NCBI GenBank assembly: GCA_964617015.1
Contig: CAZTVG010000005.1
Location: 1 to 44,044, forward strand
Length of the DNA stretch: 44,044 nucleotides
Direction of reading: 5' to 3'
From: Candidatus Woesearchaeota archaeon
GTDB lineage: Archaea; Nanobdellota; Nanobdellia; Pacearchaeales; GW2011-AR1
Positions within the stretch are counted from its first letter, which is position 1. Each line of letters begins with the position of its first letter. Under the pieces are notes generated by a model. It was not told the origin of the DNA and ran no database searches. It saw only the letters and a program-made list of their open reading frames with translations. Position numbers and translations under genes: made by a program. Below, one piece after another: positions 15,638 through 23,336 of the stretch.

Positions 15638-15855
15638 ACAGAAAAATCACGTTCAACGTGTCAGAGGAGTTGTATCTGCGGTCCAAGGGGATGCCGTGGG
15701 GAGCGAGGAGTCACGTCCTACGCGCTCTCCTTGACCGGGCTCTCACCAGGGGGGAACAGCATGGAAGTCTCTACTATGGTGCTCTTATAGATGGAGATTT
15801 TGACATCACTTTTTTTGAACGAAATTCGTTCAAACTAAGTGGTGAACAAGAATGA
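15634..15855 (+). CDS. Ribbon-helix-helix (CopG/Arc-like) DNA-binding protein
   Basis: KITFNVSEELY...RSHVLRALL fits the RHH pattern; contains repeat copy 5. Confidence 0.55.
   Translation: MNRKITFNVSEELYLRSKGMPWGARSHVLRALLDRALTRGEQHGSLYYGALIDGDFDITFFERNSFKLSGEQE
15813..15835. repeat. 23-bp repeat, copy 5 (symmetric form, inside CDS)
   Basis: TTTTGAACGAAATTCGTTCAAAC; perfect 10-bp arms. Confidence 0.9.
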
Positions 15856-16034
15856 GGCGAGAGTTGTGCGTGATGATTTCAGAGGTGAAAAACGGGTACA
15901 CTGTCTACCTCACTTGGTATGAGTATAAGGACTGTATAGGGGGAAGCCACAGGGAAGAAGAGTGGATTGAGAGCTCTTTAGATGGTGCGATCGGGAGGGC
16001 CTGCACGTTTCTTGGTCCACCAGACACTCCATGA
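15852..16034 (+). CDS. Hypothetical protein (60 aa)
   Basis: ATGA-coupled at both ends. Confidence 0.55.
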   Translation: MRRELCVMISEVKNGYTVYLTWYEYKDCIGGSHREEEWIESSLDGAIGRACTFLGPPDTP

Positions 16035-16204
16035 ACTCCCTCTCTGTAAAGATCGAACTCACCGACGGTGCTTGGTTCTTAGTGTGGAGTGGAGATCCAG
16101 ACGTACTGGTCTCTGGAGGGGAATACTGTGTACAGCAGTTTGATACATTTGACCTTACTGTAGAGAAAGCTAAACAACTGCTATTAGGTAAGAAAGATGG
16201 ATAG
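16031..16204 (+). CDS. Small hypothetical protein (57 aa), not in ORF track
   Basis: ATGA-coupled; fills the gap before 16197. Confidence 0.5.
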   Translation: MNSLSVKIELTDGAWFLVWSGDPDVLVSGGEYCVQQFDTFDLTVEKAKQLLLGKKDG

Positions 16205-16415
16205 CAGGATAGGGGCTCTCAGGAAACTTGTGGATCAGGTCAAAGCCGTAATAGACAACGATGAACTTGCCAGCATCTTTATACTGGCTGCTGTCCATGG
16301 GAACCCCTATAATGGACCTGTTATAGACAGGGTAGTTCTAAAGAGCGCTGAGGAGGCTGTCACCAGTCTTGAAGAAGATAACCCCCTGAGTGTAGATAGA
16401 AATGCCCCGTCTTGA
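16197..16415 (+). CDS. Hypothetical protein (72 aa)
   Basis: Overlapping chain of + ORFs. Confidence 0.55.
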   Translation: MDSRIGALRKLVDQVKAVIDNDELASIFILAAVHGNPYNGPVIDRVVLKSAEEAVTSLEEDNPLSVDRNAPS

Positions 16416-16647
16416 CGATCTTGTTAAAGCACTTGAGAAGAAAACCCAGGAGGAGTTGTACGAGCATATCCGAGGGATAAGAACAGACCGCAAACTGACA
16501 AAAGTCCCAGTAAGAGTCGCAAGGGCTAAGAGGACAGCCCCCTTAAAACTCGTAGTTCGCTTTGGAAATATGACAGAGGAGGAACAAGCCGCCTTCCTCA
16601 AGTCAGTGGAGAAACTTAATGAAGGCAAAGCTGGTAAAGGTAAATGA
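16402..16647 (+). CDS. Basic hypothetical protein (81 aa)
   Basis: Overlapping chain of + ORFs. Confidence 0.55.
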   Translation: MPRLDDLVKALEKKTQEELYEHIRGIRTDRKLTKVPVRVARAKRTAPLKLVVRFGNMTEEEQAAFLKSVEKLNEGKAGKGK

Positions 16648-17887
16648 AGTAAGGGTTGGAAAAAGATTTCGAGAAGAGTTTGGAGAAATGGAGGCTCTAG
16701 CTGCCTCTATCAAGGAGAAAGGAGTTGTCCAGCCAATAGCGGTTGATGGCTCTCTAAACCTGTTAGCCGGAGGTAGACGGCTGAGGGCGTGTGAAATGGC
16801 TGGGTTGGAGACAATCCCAGCTATTATATTGGATATAGATGAAGGGGAACTATCGCAACGTGAGATCGAGTTGATTGAGAACACACTGAGAAAGGATTTA
16901 AAATGGCAAGAGCTAGCCGCACTTGAGGAGAGGATATTTGAGTTGCGGAAGAAGGAGAACCCGAAGTGGACTGAGCGGGACCACGCCGAACTCATGGGAC
17001 ACTCTCAGTCAACAACACACAGGCGTTTGCAACTAGCATCAGTGTCAAGGGCAATTCCAGAACTCGCTGCGTGTGAGACTGAAGATAAGGCGTGGAAGAC
17101 GTTTAGTAGAATACAAGAGGACATGGCCCTTAGACAGCTCGAAAAGACTATAGATCGGGTTGATGATCCGTCAAAGTGGGCGACTGAAAATTACAAGTTG
17201 GGGGATGCTGTAGAGGGACTAACAAAGGTATCAGCGGGCGTCATGCACCTTGCAGAGGTTGATCCCCCATATGGTATAGGATTAGACGAGAGGAAGAGTA
17301 GGAACATAGATACATCCCCTATGGCCCGATACAACGAGTTAAGTGGGGAGGACTATGTAGGTCTTATTGAGAGGGCATCTGCCCAGGTGTTCAGGATCCT
17401 CCGAAGTAATGCCTTCTGCATCTGGTGGTTTGGTATGACTTGGTATCAGGTCACAATTGATGTACTAAGGGATGCCGGCTTCAAGGTCAACGACACCCCA
17501 GCTATATGGTACAAAGGGAAGGCAGGGCAGACAGCGACCCCTGACACGATGCTTGGATCCTGTTACGAACCATTCTTCATCGCCAGGAAGGGGAAACCTA
17601 AAATGAGGAGGTCTGGAAGAGGAAACGTATTTGACTACCCTGCTCTGCCTCCTACAAGGAAGATACATCCTACCGAGAAGCCACTGGAGTTGATGGTTGA
17701 TATATTAGATACCTTTTCGTATCCGGGGTTTGTTATCGTGTCTCCGTTTCTCGGAAGTGGAGTGACATTGAGAGCGGCGTATAGATTGAGTTTAACTGGG
17801 TTCGGGTTTGACCTTGATGAGGTAACGAGGCTTAGGTTCATTGGGAGGGTTAAGGAGGATAGAGAAGGTGAACTCCCCCTCAACTAG
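16619..17887 (+). CDS. ParB/Spo0J N-domain + HTH fused to an N6-adenine/N4-cytosine DNA methyltransferase
   Basis: GVVQPIAV, LLAGGRRLRA, ELIENTLRKDL (ParB); WTERDHAELMGHSQSTTHRRL (HTH); DPPY, HPTEKP, PFLGSG (beta-class MTase). Confidence 0.88.
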   Translation: MKAKLVKVNEVRVGKRFREEFGEMEALAASIKEKGVVQPIAVDGSLNLLAGGRRLRACEMAGLETIPAIILDIDEGELSQREIELIENTLRKDLKWQELAALEERIFELRKKENPKWTERDHAELMGHSQSTTHRRLQLASVSRAIPELAACETEDKAWKTFSRIQEDMALRQLEKTIDRVDDPSKWATENYKLGDAVEGLTKVSAGVMHLAEVDPPYGIGLDERKSRNIDTSPMARYNELSGEDYVGLIERASAQVFRILRSNAFCIWWFGMTWYQVTIDVLRDAGFKVNDTPAIWYKGKAGQTATPDTMLGSCYEPFFIARKGKPKMRRSGRGNVFDYPALPPTRKIHPTEKPLELMVDILDTFSYPGFVIVSPFLGSGVTLRAAYRLSLTGFGFDLDEVTRLRFIGRVKEDREGELPLN

Positions 17888-19955
17888 TCCGTGGGACTTT
17901 AAAAGCCCCTCGACCCAGTGGGTCAGTGCGCGGGAGAGGTTTGAGAGGCTATACATACCCGAGCCTAACACGGGCTGCTGGATCTGGATAGGTGTATGTG
18001 AAAAGAAGGGTTACGGACACTTCAAGTTTGCCGGTAGAACCCTTAAGGCCCACAGGGTTTCATATGAGATATACAAGGGCCCTATACCTCATGGCCTTCA
18101 GATAGATCACTTATGTAGAGTCCGGTGCTGTGTAAACCCAGATCACTTGGAAGCAGTCACCTGTTGGGAGAACATCCGCAGGGGGGACACTGGAAAGGCA
18201 ACAGCGGAGGTGAGAAAGGCGCTGACCCACTGCAAACGCGGCCACGAGTATACTGAGGCTAACACGTATAGGAATAAAAGGGGAAATAGGCATTGTAAGG
18301 CGTGTGTCAGGGAGAGAGGAAGGGGGGGAGAGTTGTGCGTGATGATTTCCCCCTGGTGCGAGGGCGATCCTAGCTCGAAAATAGCCCTAGTCCCTGAGGC
18401 TCCTGGACGCACAGAGATGCGCGGGGGGAGACCCCTTATCGGGCCAGCAGGCAAGGTGCTAGATGAGTGCCTTCACCAGGCAGGGATTGCTAGACGCGCT
18501 TGTTACATAATAAATGTGTTCCCTGTTTGTGTTGATAAGGAGGGGGACGGTATCTATCTCAACGGTGATCTCCTTTGGAGCGGAAGAAAGAGCTTCACTG
18601 AGGAGGGGATGAAACTAGCTAATGAGACCCTGACAAAACTTCGGGAGTGTGGGGCGAATGTAGTTGTTCCACTAGGCGGTGTAGCGGCAGATCTCCTGTG
18701 CAACAAGAAGAAGATAATGAAGTGGCGTGGTTCTATCCTATGGTCTGAGGCAGTTGATAAGAAGTCTGTCTTGGCTTGCCACCCTGCTGCATGTCTCAGG
18801 GGCCAGTACACTCTCCGCTATATCATCATCGCTGACTTGAAGCGCGCACGGAAGGAGAGTGAGTCACCTGTATATAGTCCCCCTGACCGAAACCTGATGA
18901 TCGATCCCACATTCAGCGAGGCTATAGACTTTATGCGTGAGATGGGGGACTCTAAGAGAATAGCAACGGATATTGAGGTTTTAAACCACCAGGTCTCCTG
19001 CTTTTCTCTCACAAACAGCCCCGACTACGCTATGTGTATACCCTTTATAGATGAGGAGGGGGACCATAGATGGTCTGAGGATCAGGAGGCTGAGGTATGG
19101 CTTACTTATGCAGGCCTTCTCAGCGATCCAGGCATAATGAAGATAAACCAGAACATCGTCTTCGATATGGCGGTCCTCTATCAGAAGAACCATATCATCT
19201 TCCGTGGTCCCATAGGGGACACAATGGTCGCTCAGCACCTCATGTACCCTGACTTCCCTAAGGGGTTGGATTTCATTGCATCTATCCATACACGCGAACC
19301 ATACTATAAGGACGAGGGGAAGATATGGCTCAAACCCCACCCAGATATGCGAGAGTTCTGGGGTTATAGTTGCAAGGATAGTGCGGTCGCCCTAGACGCC
19401 TGGGGGCCACTGGAGATTGAGATGGAGGAGGGTGAGTACCGGGTCACGCACGACTTCACTGTTGCTATGTACCCCTCCCTTGTATACATGATGTCAAAGG
19501 GGATGAAGGTTGATAGAGAGAGATTGGACAAGACAAAGGTAAGTATTAGTAACAAGATTAAGGAAACTGGAGAGGCACTGGAACAGGCGGCAGAAAGACC
19601 ATTTAATCCTTTATCGCCTAAACAATGTCAGGAGTACTTCTATGTTACAAAGGGGATTAAACCATACATCAGTAGATCAACCGGAAACGTCACCACAGAC
19701 GACAAGGCAATGGCAAGAATCTACCGACGGTACAGCTTACCGGAAGCTAAGTTGGTTCAAGAGATCAGGGCGCTCAAGAAACTTTATGGGACTTATCTCG
19801 ATGTTAGGATGGATAATGATAATCGTCTTCGTTGTTCCTATAACCCTCGTGGTACTTGGACGGGTCGTCTTAGCTCTAGTGCGACTGTCTTTGGAACTGG
19901 TCTAAACCTACAGAATCTCCATCCCCAGTTCAAAAGTTTTCTGGTGGCAGGGTGA
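17841..19955 (+). CDS. polA: HNH endonuclease fused in frame to family-4 UDG-like domain, 3'-5' exonuclease and N-terminal half of family A DNA polymerase
   Basis: GCWIW...AHRVSY...IDHLCRVRCCVNPDHL (HNH); EAPG, GPAG, HPAACLR (UDG); DIE, NIVFD, YSCKD (exo); TWTGRLSS, NLQN (PolA). Confidence 0.9.
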   Translation: MGGLRRIEKVNSPSTSPWDFKSPSTQWVSARERFERLYIPEPNTGCWIWIGVCEKKGYGHFKFAGRTLKAHRVSYEIYKGPIPHGLQIDHLCRVRCCVNPDHLEAVTCWENIRRGDTGKATAEVRKALTHCKRGHEYTEANTYRNKRGNRHCKACVRERGRGGELCVMISPWCEGDPSSKIALVPEAPGRTEMRGGRPLIGPAGKVLDECLHQAGIARRACYIINVFPVCVDKEGDGIYLNGDLLWSGRKSFTEEGMKLANETLTKLRECGANVVVPLGGVAADLLCNKKKIMKWRGSILWSEAVDKKSVLACHPAACLRGQYTLRYIIIADLKRARKESESPVYSPPDRNLMIDPTFSEAIDFMREMGDSKRIATDIEVLNHQVSCFSLTNSPDYAMCIPFIDEEGDHRWSEDQEAEVWLTYAGLLSDPGIMKINQNIVFDMAVLYQKNHIIFRGPIGDTMVAQHLMYPDFPKGLDFIASIHTREPYYKDEGKIWLKPHPDMREFWGYSCKDSAVALDAWGPLEIEMEEGEYRVTHDFTVAMYPSLVYMMSKGMKVDRERLDKTKVSISNKIKETGEALEQAAERPFNPLSPKQCQEYFYVTKGIKPYISRSTGNVTTDDKAMARIYRRYSLPEAKLVQEIRALKKLYGTYLDVRMDNDNRLRCSYNPRGTWTGRLSSSATVFGTGLNLQNLHPQFKSFLVAG

Positions 19956-20857
19956 CTGACCACATCCTCATTGAGTTTGATAAGGTCAGCGCTGAATGGA
20001 TATGTGTAGCTTATCTCAGCAACGATGCCAGGATGCTTGACGTTGTTAAACAGGGGAAAGATCCACATTTGATAACAGGCTCCCTTCTTTCAGGCGCACC
20101 TGAGGAGCTGGTAGCAAAGGAGGATAGACTTGTTAGAAAAGCAACAGACCCCATCGAAATTGAACATCTCCGCTCGCGTCTCCCAGAACTCAACGATTAT
20201 TTCCTTCCCCGCGTGTACTCAATTCGCCAGATGGCGAAGAGATGTAACCACGCTCTCAATTACGGAATGGGTTATAGAAGGTTCGCGCTCGAAACTGAGG
20301 TTGATGAAACCGAAGCGAAGCGGATAGTCAACACGTACTTCAACCAGGCGTATCCTGGGATTAAAATCTGGTGGGGCGCGATTGAGGAGCAACTCCGCCG
20401 AAATGATAGGACACTTGTGAACTGTTTTGGGAGGAAGTGTCGCCTTCTGGACGCTTGGGGCGTGGAGCTATTTGAGAAAGCCAGATCGTTTCTCCCTCAA
20501 TCAACTGTTACTGATATGGTACACGAGGGGATGATTAAGTGCTTTGACGATCAGTCCAGGCCATTCAGACCACTAGAACTCCTAGAGGATGGACATGACT
20601 CCCTCCTTTACCAATATCCTGTTGGGAGATGGAGGAGTATGGCATTTGCGGTTGCCAAGATGGCCTTCGACTATATGAGTCCAGTGGCTATATATAGCAT
20701 AAAGGAGTTCAAAATCGACACTGAAGTTACTATCGGTCTAGACTGGGGACACATGGAGAAGGTCAAGATAAGTCCAAGATACGAAGATATAAATAAGAAC
20801 GCGGAGAACATAAGGAAAACGTGGGAGAGGCTCCGTGGCGAAGCGAAAGCTGCATGA
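19952..20857 (+). CDS. polA: C-terminal catalytic half of family A DNA polymerase
   Basis: Motif A EFDKVSAEW, motif B RQMAKRCNHALNYG, motif C GHDS. Confidence 0.88.
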   Translation: MTDHILIEFDKVSAEWICVAYLSNDARMLDVVKQGKDPHLITGSLLSGAPEELVAKEDRLVRKATDPIEIEHLRSRLPELNDYFLPRVYSIRQMAKRCNHALNYGMGYRRFALETEVDETEAKRIVNTYFNQAYPGIKIWWGAIEEQLRRNDRTLVNCFGRKCRLLDAWGVELFEKARSFLPQSTVTDMVHEGMIKCFDDQSRPFRPLELLEDGHDSLLYQYPVGRWRSMAFAVAKMAFDYMSPVAIYSIKEFKIDTEVTIGLDWGHMEKVKISPRYEDINKNAENIRKTWERLRGEAKAA

Positions 20858-22034
20858 CTGGCTTACGTCTTATCTCAAGTATACAGAGAACTCAGAGGCC
20901 CCAACTTCCTACCATGCATGGGTAGGGATTTCTTGTATAGCTGCTACCCTCCAGCGGCACGTCTATATGGTTAGAGGGCACTCGAAGATATACCCTAATC
21001 AGTACATTGTGTTAGTAGGCCCCTCAGGGGAGGCGCGCAAAGGTGAAGCTATAAGTATAGGGCGGAGTGTTGTCGAGGCTATTGGTATACCCATCGTTGG
21101 TGAGGACAACTCACAAGAGGCCATCATAAGAGATATGAGGAACAGTATAGTAACGTTCACGGATAAGTCAACTGGCAAGATAAAAACTCAATGCGCTGTG
21201 TCCTGCTTCGCTGAGGAACTTGCAGTATTCACTGGTTATCAGAACAGCACCCTCTTGGCGTACATGACGAACTGGTATGACAGTAGAGATCTCTGGACGC
21301 GCCGCACGAAACATCAAGGGGTTGACGAGATAAGGGGGATGTGCTTCAACCTGATTGGTGGAACCGCACCAGACTGGATACCCCACATATTCACTCGTGA
21401 GAATATAGGGGGCGGGTTGACATCGAGGATAATGTTCGTTGTAGAGGAAGAACGGGGTAAGATAGTCGAAGACCCCAACGAGTTTCCTCCCGACAAGCAA
21501 CTTCAGGACGACTTAACCTACGATCTTGAGAACATCCACATGATAACTGGCGCATACAAGTTTACGGACGATGCACTCGACTTCTACAAATCCGTCTACA
21601 GAGATCAGGAGGAGGAGAAGCGTGCCGGAAGACCAGCGGTTCCGGGTACACAGTTTGGCGGTTATATGGCTCGCCGCGCGGTCCACCTGATAAAAACTGC
21701 AATGGCTCTGTCTGCCGCTGTTGGAGACGACATGTTTGTTAAGAAGGAGACTGTTGAAAGGGCTTTATGCTTGATACTGGACGCCGAGAAGCACATGAGT
21801 AAGGTATTCAGGGGTATAGGTAAGGCGAGGTACTCTGAGGAAGCTGAGGCCGTACTTGACTTCGTTCGTCGGCATAAGGTGGTTAAGCGTTCCGATCTGC
21901 TGAGGTACTTCGAGCGTCAACTGGACATGACGAGTCTTGAGGCTGTTGAGAGGGTTCTGGAAGGGATGAAGTTGGTTGAGATAAAGGTGGATAGGGACGC
22001 TGGGGAGAGGATATATCGGTATATAGGAGACTGA
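20835..22034 (+). CDS. DUF3987-type AAA+ helicase/replication protein
   Basis: PNQYIVLVGPSGEARKG Walker A variant, FAEE Walker B, GGGLTSRIMFV. Confidence 0.75.
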   Translation: MAKRKLHDWLTSYLKYTENSEAPTSYHAWVGISCIAATLQRHVYMVRGHSKIYPNQYIVLVGPSGEARKGEAISIGRSVVEAIGIPIVGEDNSQEAIIRDMRNSIVTFTDKSTGKIKTQCAVSCFAEELAVFTGYQNSTLLAYMTNWYDSRDLWTRRTKHQGVDEIRGMCFNLIGGTAPDWIPHIFTRENIGGGLTSRIMFVVEEERGKIVEDPNEFPPDKQLQDDLTYDLENIHMITGAYKFTDDALDFYKSVYRDQEEEKRAGRPAVPGTQFGGYMARRAVHLIKTAMALSAAVGDDMFVKKETVERALCLILDAEKHMSKVFRGIGKARYSEEAEAVLDFVRRHKVVKRSDLLRYFERQLDMTSLEAVERVLEGMKLVEIKVDRDAGERIYRYIGD

Positions 22035-22255
22035 TGGTGTTAGAAGTGATTCTTTTAGGCCTGTTCTTCTTAGTGCTCGGTATCTGTCTTTGGGCTGACC
22101 GGGATAGACGTCCTCTGGCGCGATGTCCGTACTGTGACGGTACTATAAGATACCACAAAGCTGAGTGGCTACCCAGAGGTGGAGTTGTATTTCCTGGAAG
22201 GATCTGTGATAGATGTGATAAGTCATTCAGCGAGTGGAAAGTTACTCAGTTGTAA
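22034..22255 (+). CDS. TM-anchored zinc-finger hypothetical protein
   Basis: N-terminal TM, CPYC and CDRC; TGATG-coupled. Confidence 0.55.
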   Translation: MVLEVILLGLFFLVLGICLWADRDRRPLARCPYCDGTIRYHKAEWLPRGGVVFPGRICDRCDKSFSEWKVTQL

Positions 22256-22511
22256 ACAACCTTGTCGCCGCAGGGCACTGAAGCTTCCATCCCTTTAACC
22301 AGTCTGATCCCCTGTCGTCTGTGAGACGCATGATTACATCAACTGGGAGTGAGCAGCGTCTATCCTCAATCTGTCCAGCAACTGCATCTACCTCTGTCTC
22401 CAGGAGAGCATCCAACTTGTTCAGGCGGTCTATGGCCTGTGCTGCACAACCTCCAAGGAGAAGTGCAACTATTATAGCTACTATCTTCATTCGTATGCTC
22501 TGTTCAGCCAA
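22242..22511 (-). CDS. Lipoprotein, probable spanin
   Basis: MKIVAIIVALLLGGC lipobox, overlapping the 3' end of the endolysin. Confidence 0.6.
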   Translation of the reverse strand: MAEQSIRMKIVAIIVALLLGGCAAQAIDRLNKLDALLETEVDAVAGQIEDRRCSLPVDVIMRLTDDRGSDWLKGWKLQCPAATRLFTTE

Positions 22512-23044
22512 CCCCTAAGATACAACTCTTTGTTTAAGCCTCTGTAAAACCCTGCTGCCTCGGATCGGAGGGCCGCCATAAATGGCCGTGGGTCAACACC
22601 GTTCACCGCTGCGGTGGTACGGGGGCCAAATATCCCGTCGTCAACCACGCGCGAACCACAGGCCCTGAGGGCACGTTGTACACACAAATGTGCCTGGTAC
22701 GGTCCCATGTTCACGCTCAGATCCATCACCTTAGAGGCAACCTGGATAGATTTAATGTTATAATACTTGTATCGTTCCCACCACTGTTCCCTATATATCC
22801 TAACAGCGTCCTCCCGCTTCATTACTATGATGTCCCCCAGGTCAATGTCCCCATCCTTGTCAAGGTCTCCGGGTGCGTAGCCTGTCTCGTCTATCCTGTT
22901 GAGGAATCTCAGAAATCTGAGGGATATACCCCAGTTGGTTGGACCTCCAGGGTCACTGGGGTCGTCTGAGAACCCTCCCTCATGTGAGAGAACAAACTCC
23001 ACTGCCCTATCGAATGAGAAGTCAGTCACTCTGCTGCTCTCCAA
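22487..23044 (-). CDS. Endolysin, glycoside hydrolase family 108 with peptidoglycan-binding domain
   Basis: EGGFSDDPSDPGGPTNWGIS; DGIFGPRT; YLRGWLNRA. Confidence 0.92.
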   Translation of the reverse strand: MESSRVTDFSFDRAVEFVLSHEGGFSDDPSDPGGPTNWGISLRFLRFLNRIDETGYAPGDLDKDGDIDLGDIIVMKREDAVRIYREQWWERYKYYNIKSIQVASKVMDLSVNMGPYQAHLCVQRALRACGSRVVDDGIFGPRTTAAVNGVDPRPFMAALRSEAAGFYRGLNKELYLRGWLNRAYE

Positions 23045-23255
23045 GGTGGGATGTCAACCACTTTATGTCAGTTCTTAACTTAGCTACATCAGTTCTGATC
23101 CCTGAGAGACACCTCTCAACTTTCTCATTTGACCTCTTCAAGTGGTCAACATCATTCTTGAGGATCCCCTGCTGCCTCCACATCACTAGGCCAGTGGTTA
23201 TCAGACCTAAGGCAGCTGCTGCTGCCACACCTACGACGACTATCAAGAGGGTCAT
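23022..23255 (-). CDS. Membrane protein with coiled coil (holin/i-spanin-like)
   Basis: N-terminal TM then heptad repeat; directly upstream of endolysin. Confidence 0.5.
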   Translation of the reverse strand: MTLLIVVVGVAAAAALGLITTGLVMWRQQGILKNDVDHLKRSNEKVERCLSGIRTDVAKLRTDIKWLTSHLGEQQSD

Positions 23256-23305
23256 ACCGCTGCACCCTCAACCCTATGGATGTGGACAGCGAGAATGACA
23301 ACTAT

Positions 23306-23328
23306 GTTTGAACGAATTTTAATCAAAC
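23306..23328. repeat. 23-bp repeat, copy 6
   Basis: GTTTGAACGAATTTTAATCAAAC, between the 892-aa gene stop and the lysis genes. Confidence 0.9.
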
Positions 23329-23336
23329 CAACTACC

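Noticed and set aside
18797-18805. Third CAGGGGCCA match to the RNA closing stem
   Set aside because: Inside the UDG coding region with no complementary 5' arm seen; one chance 9-mer match is expected at this genome size.
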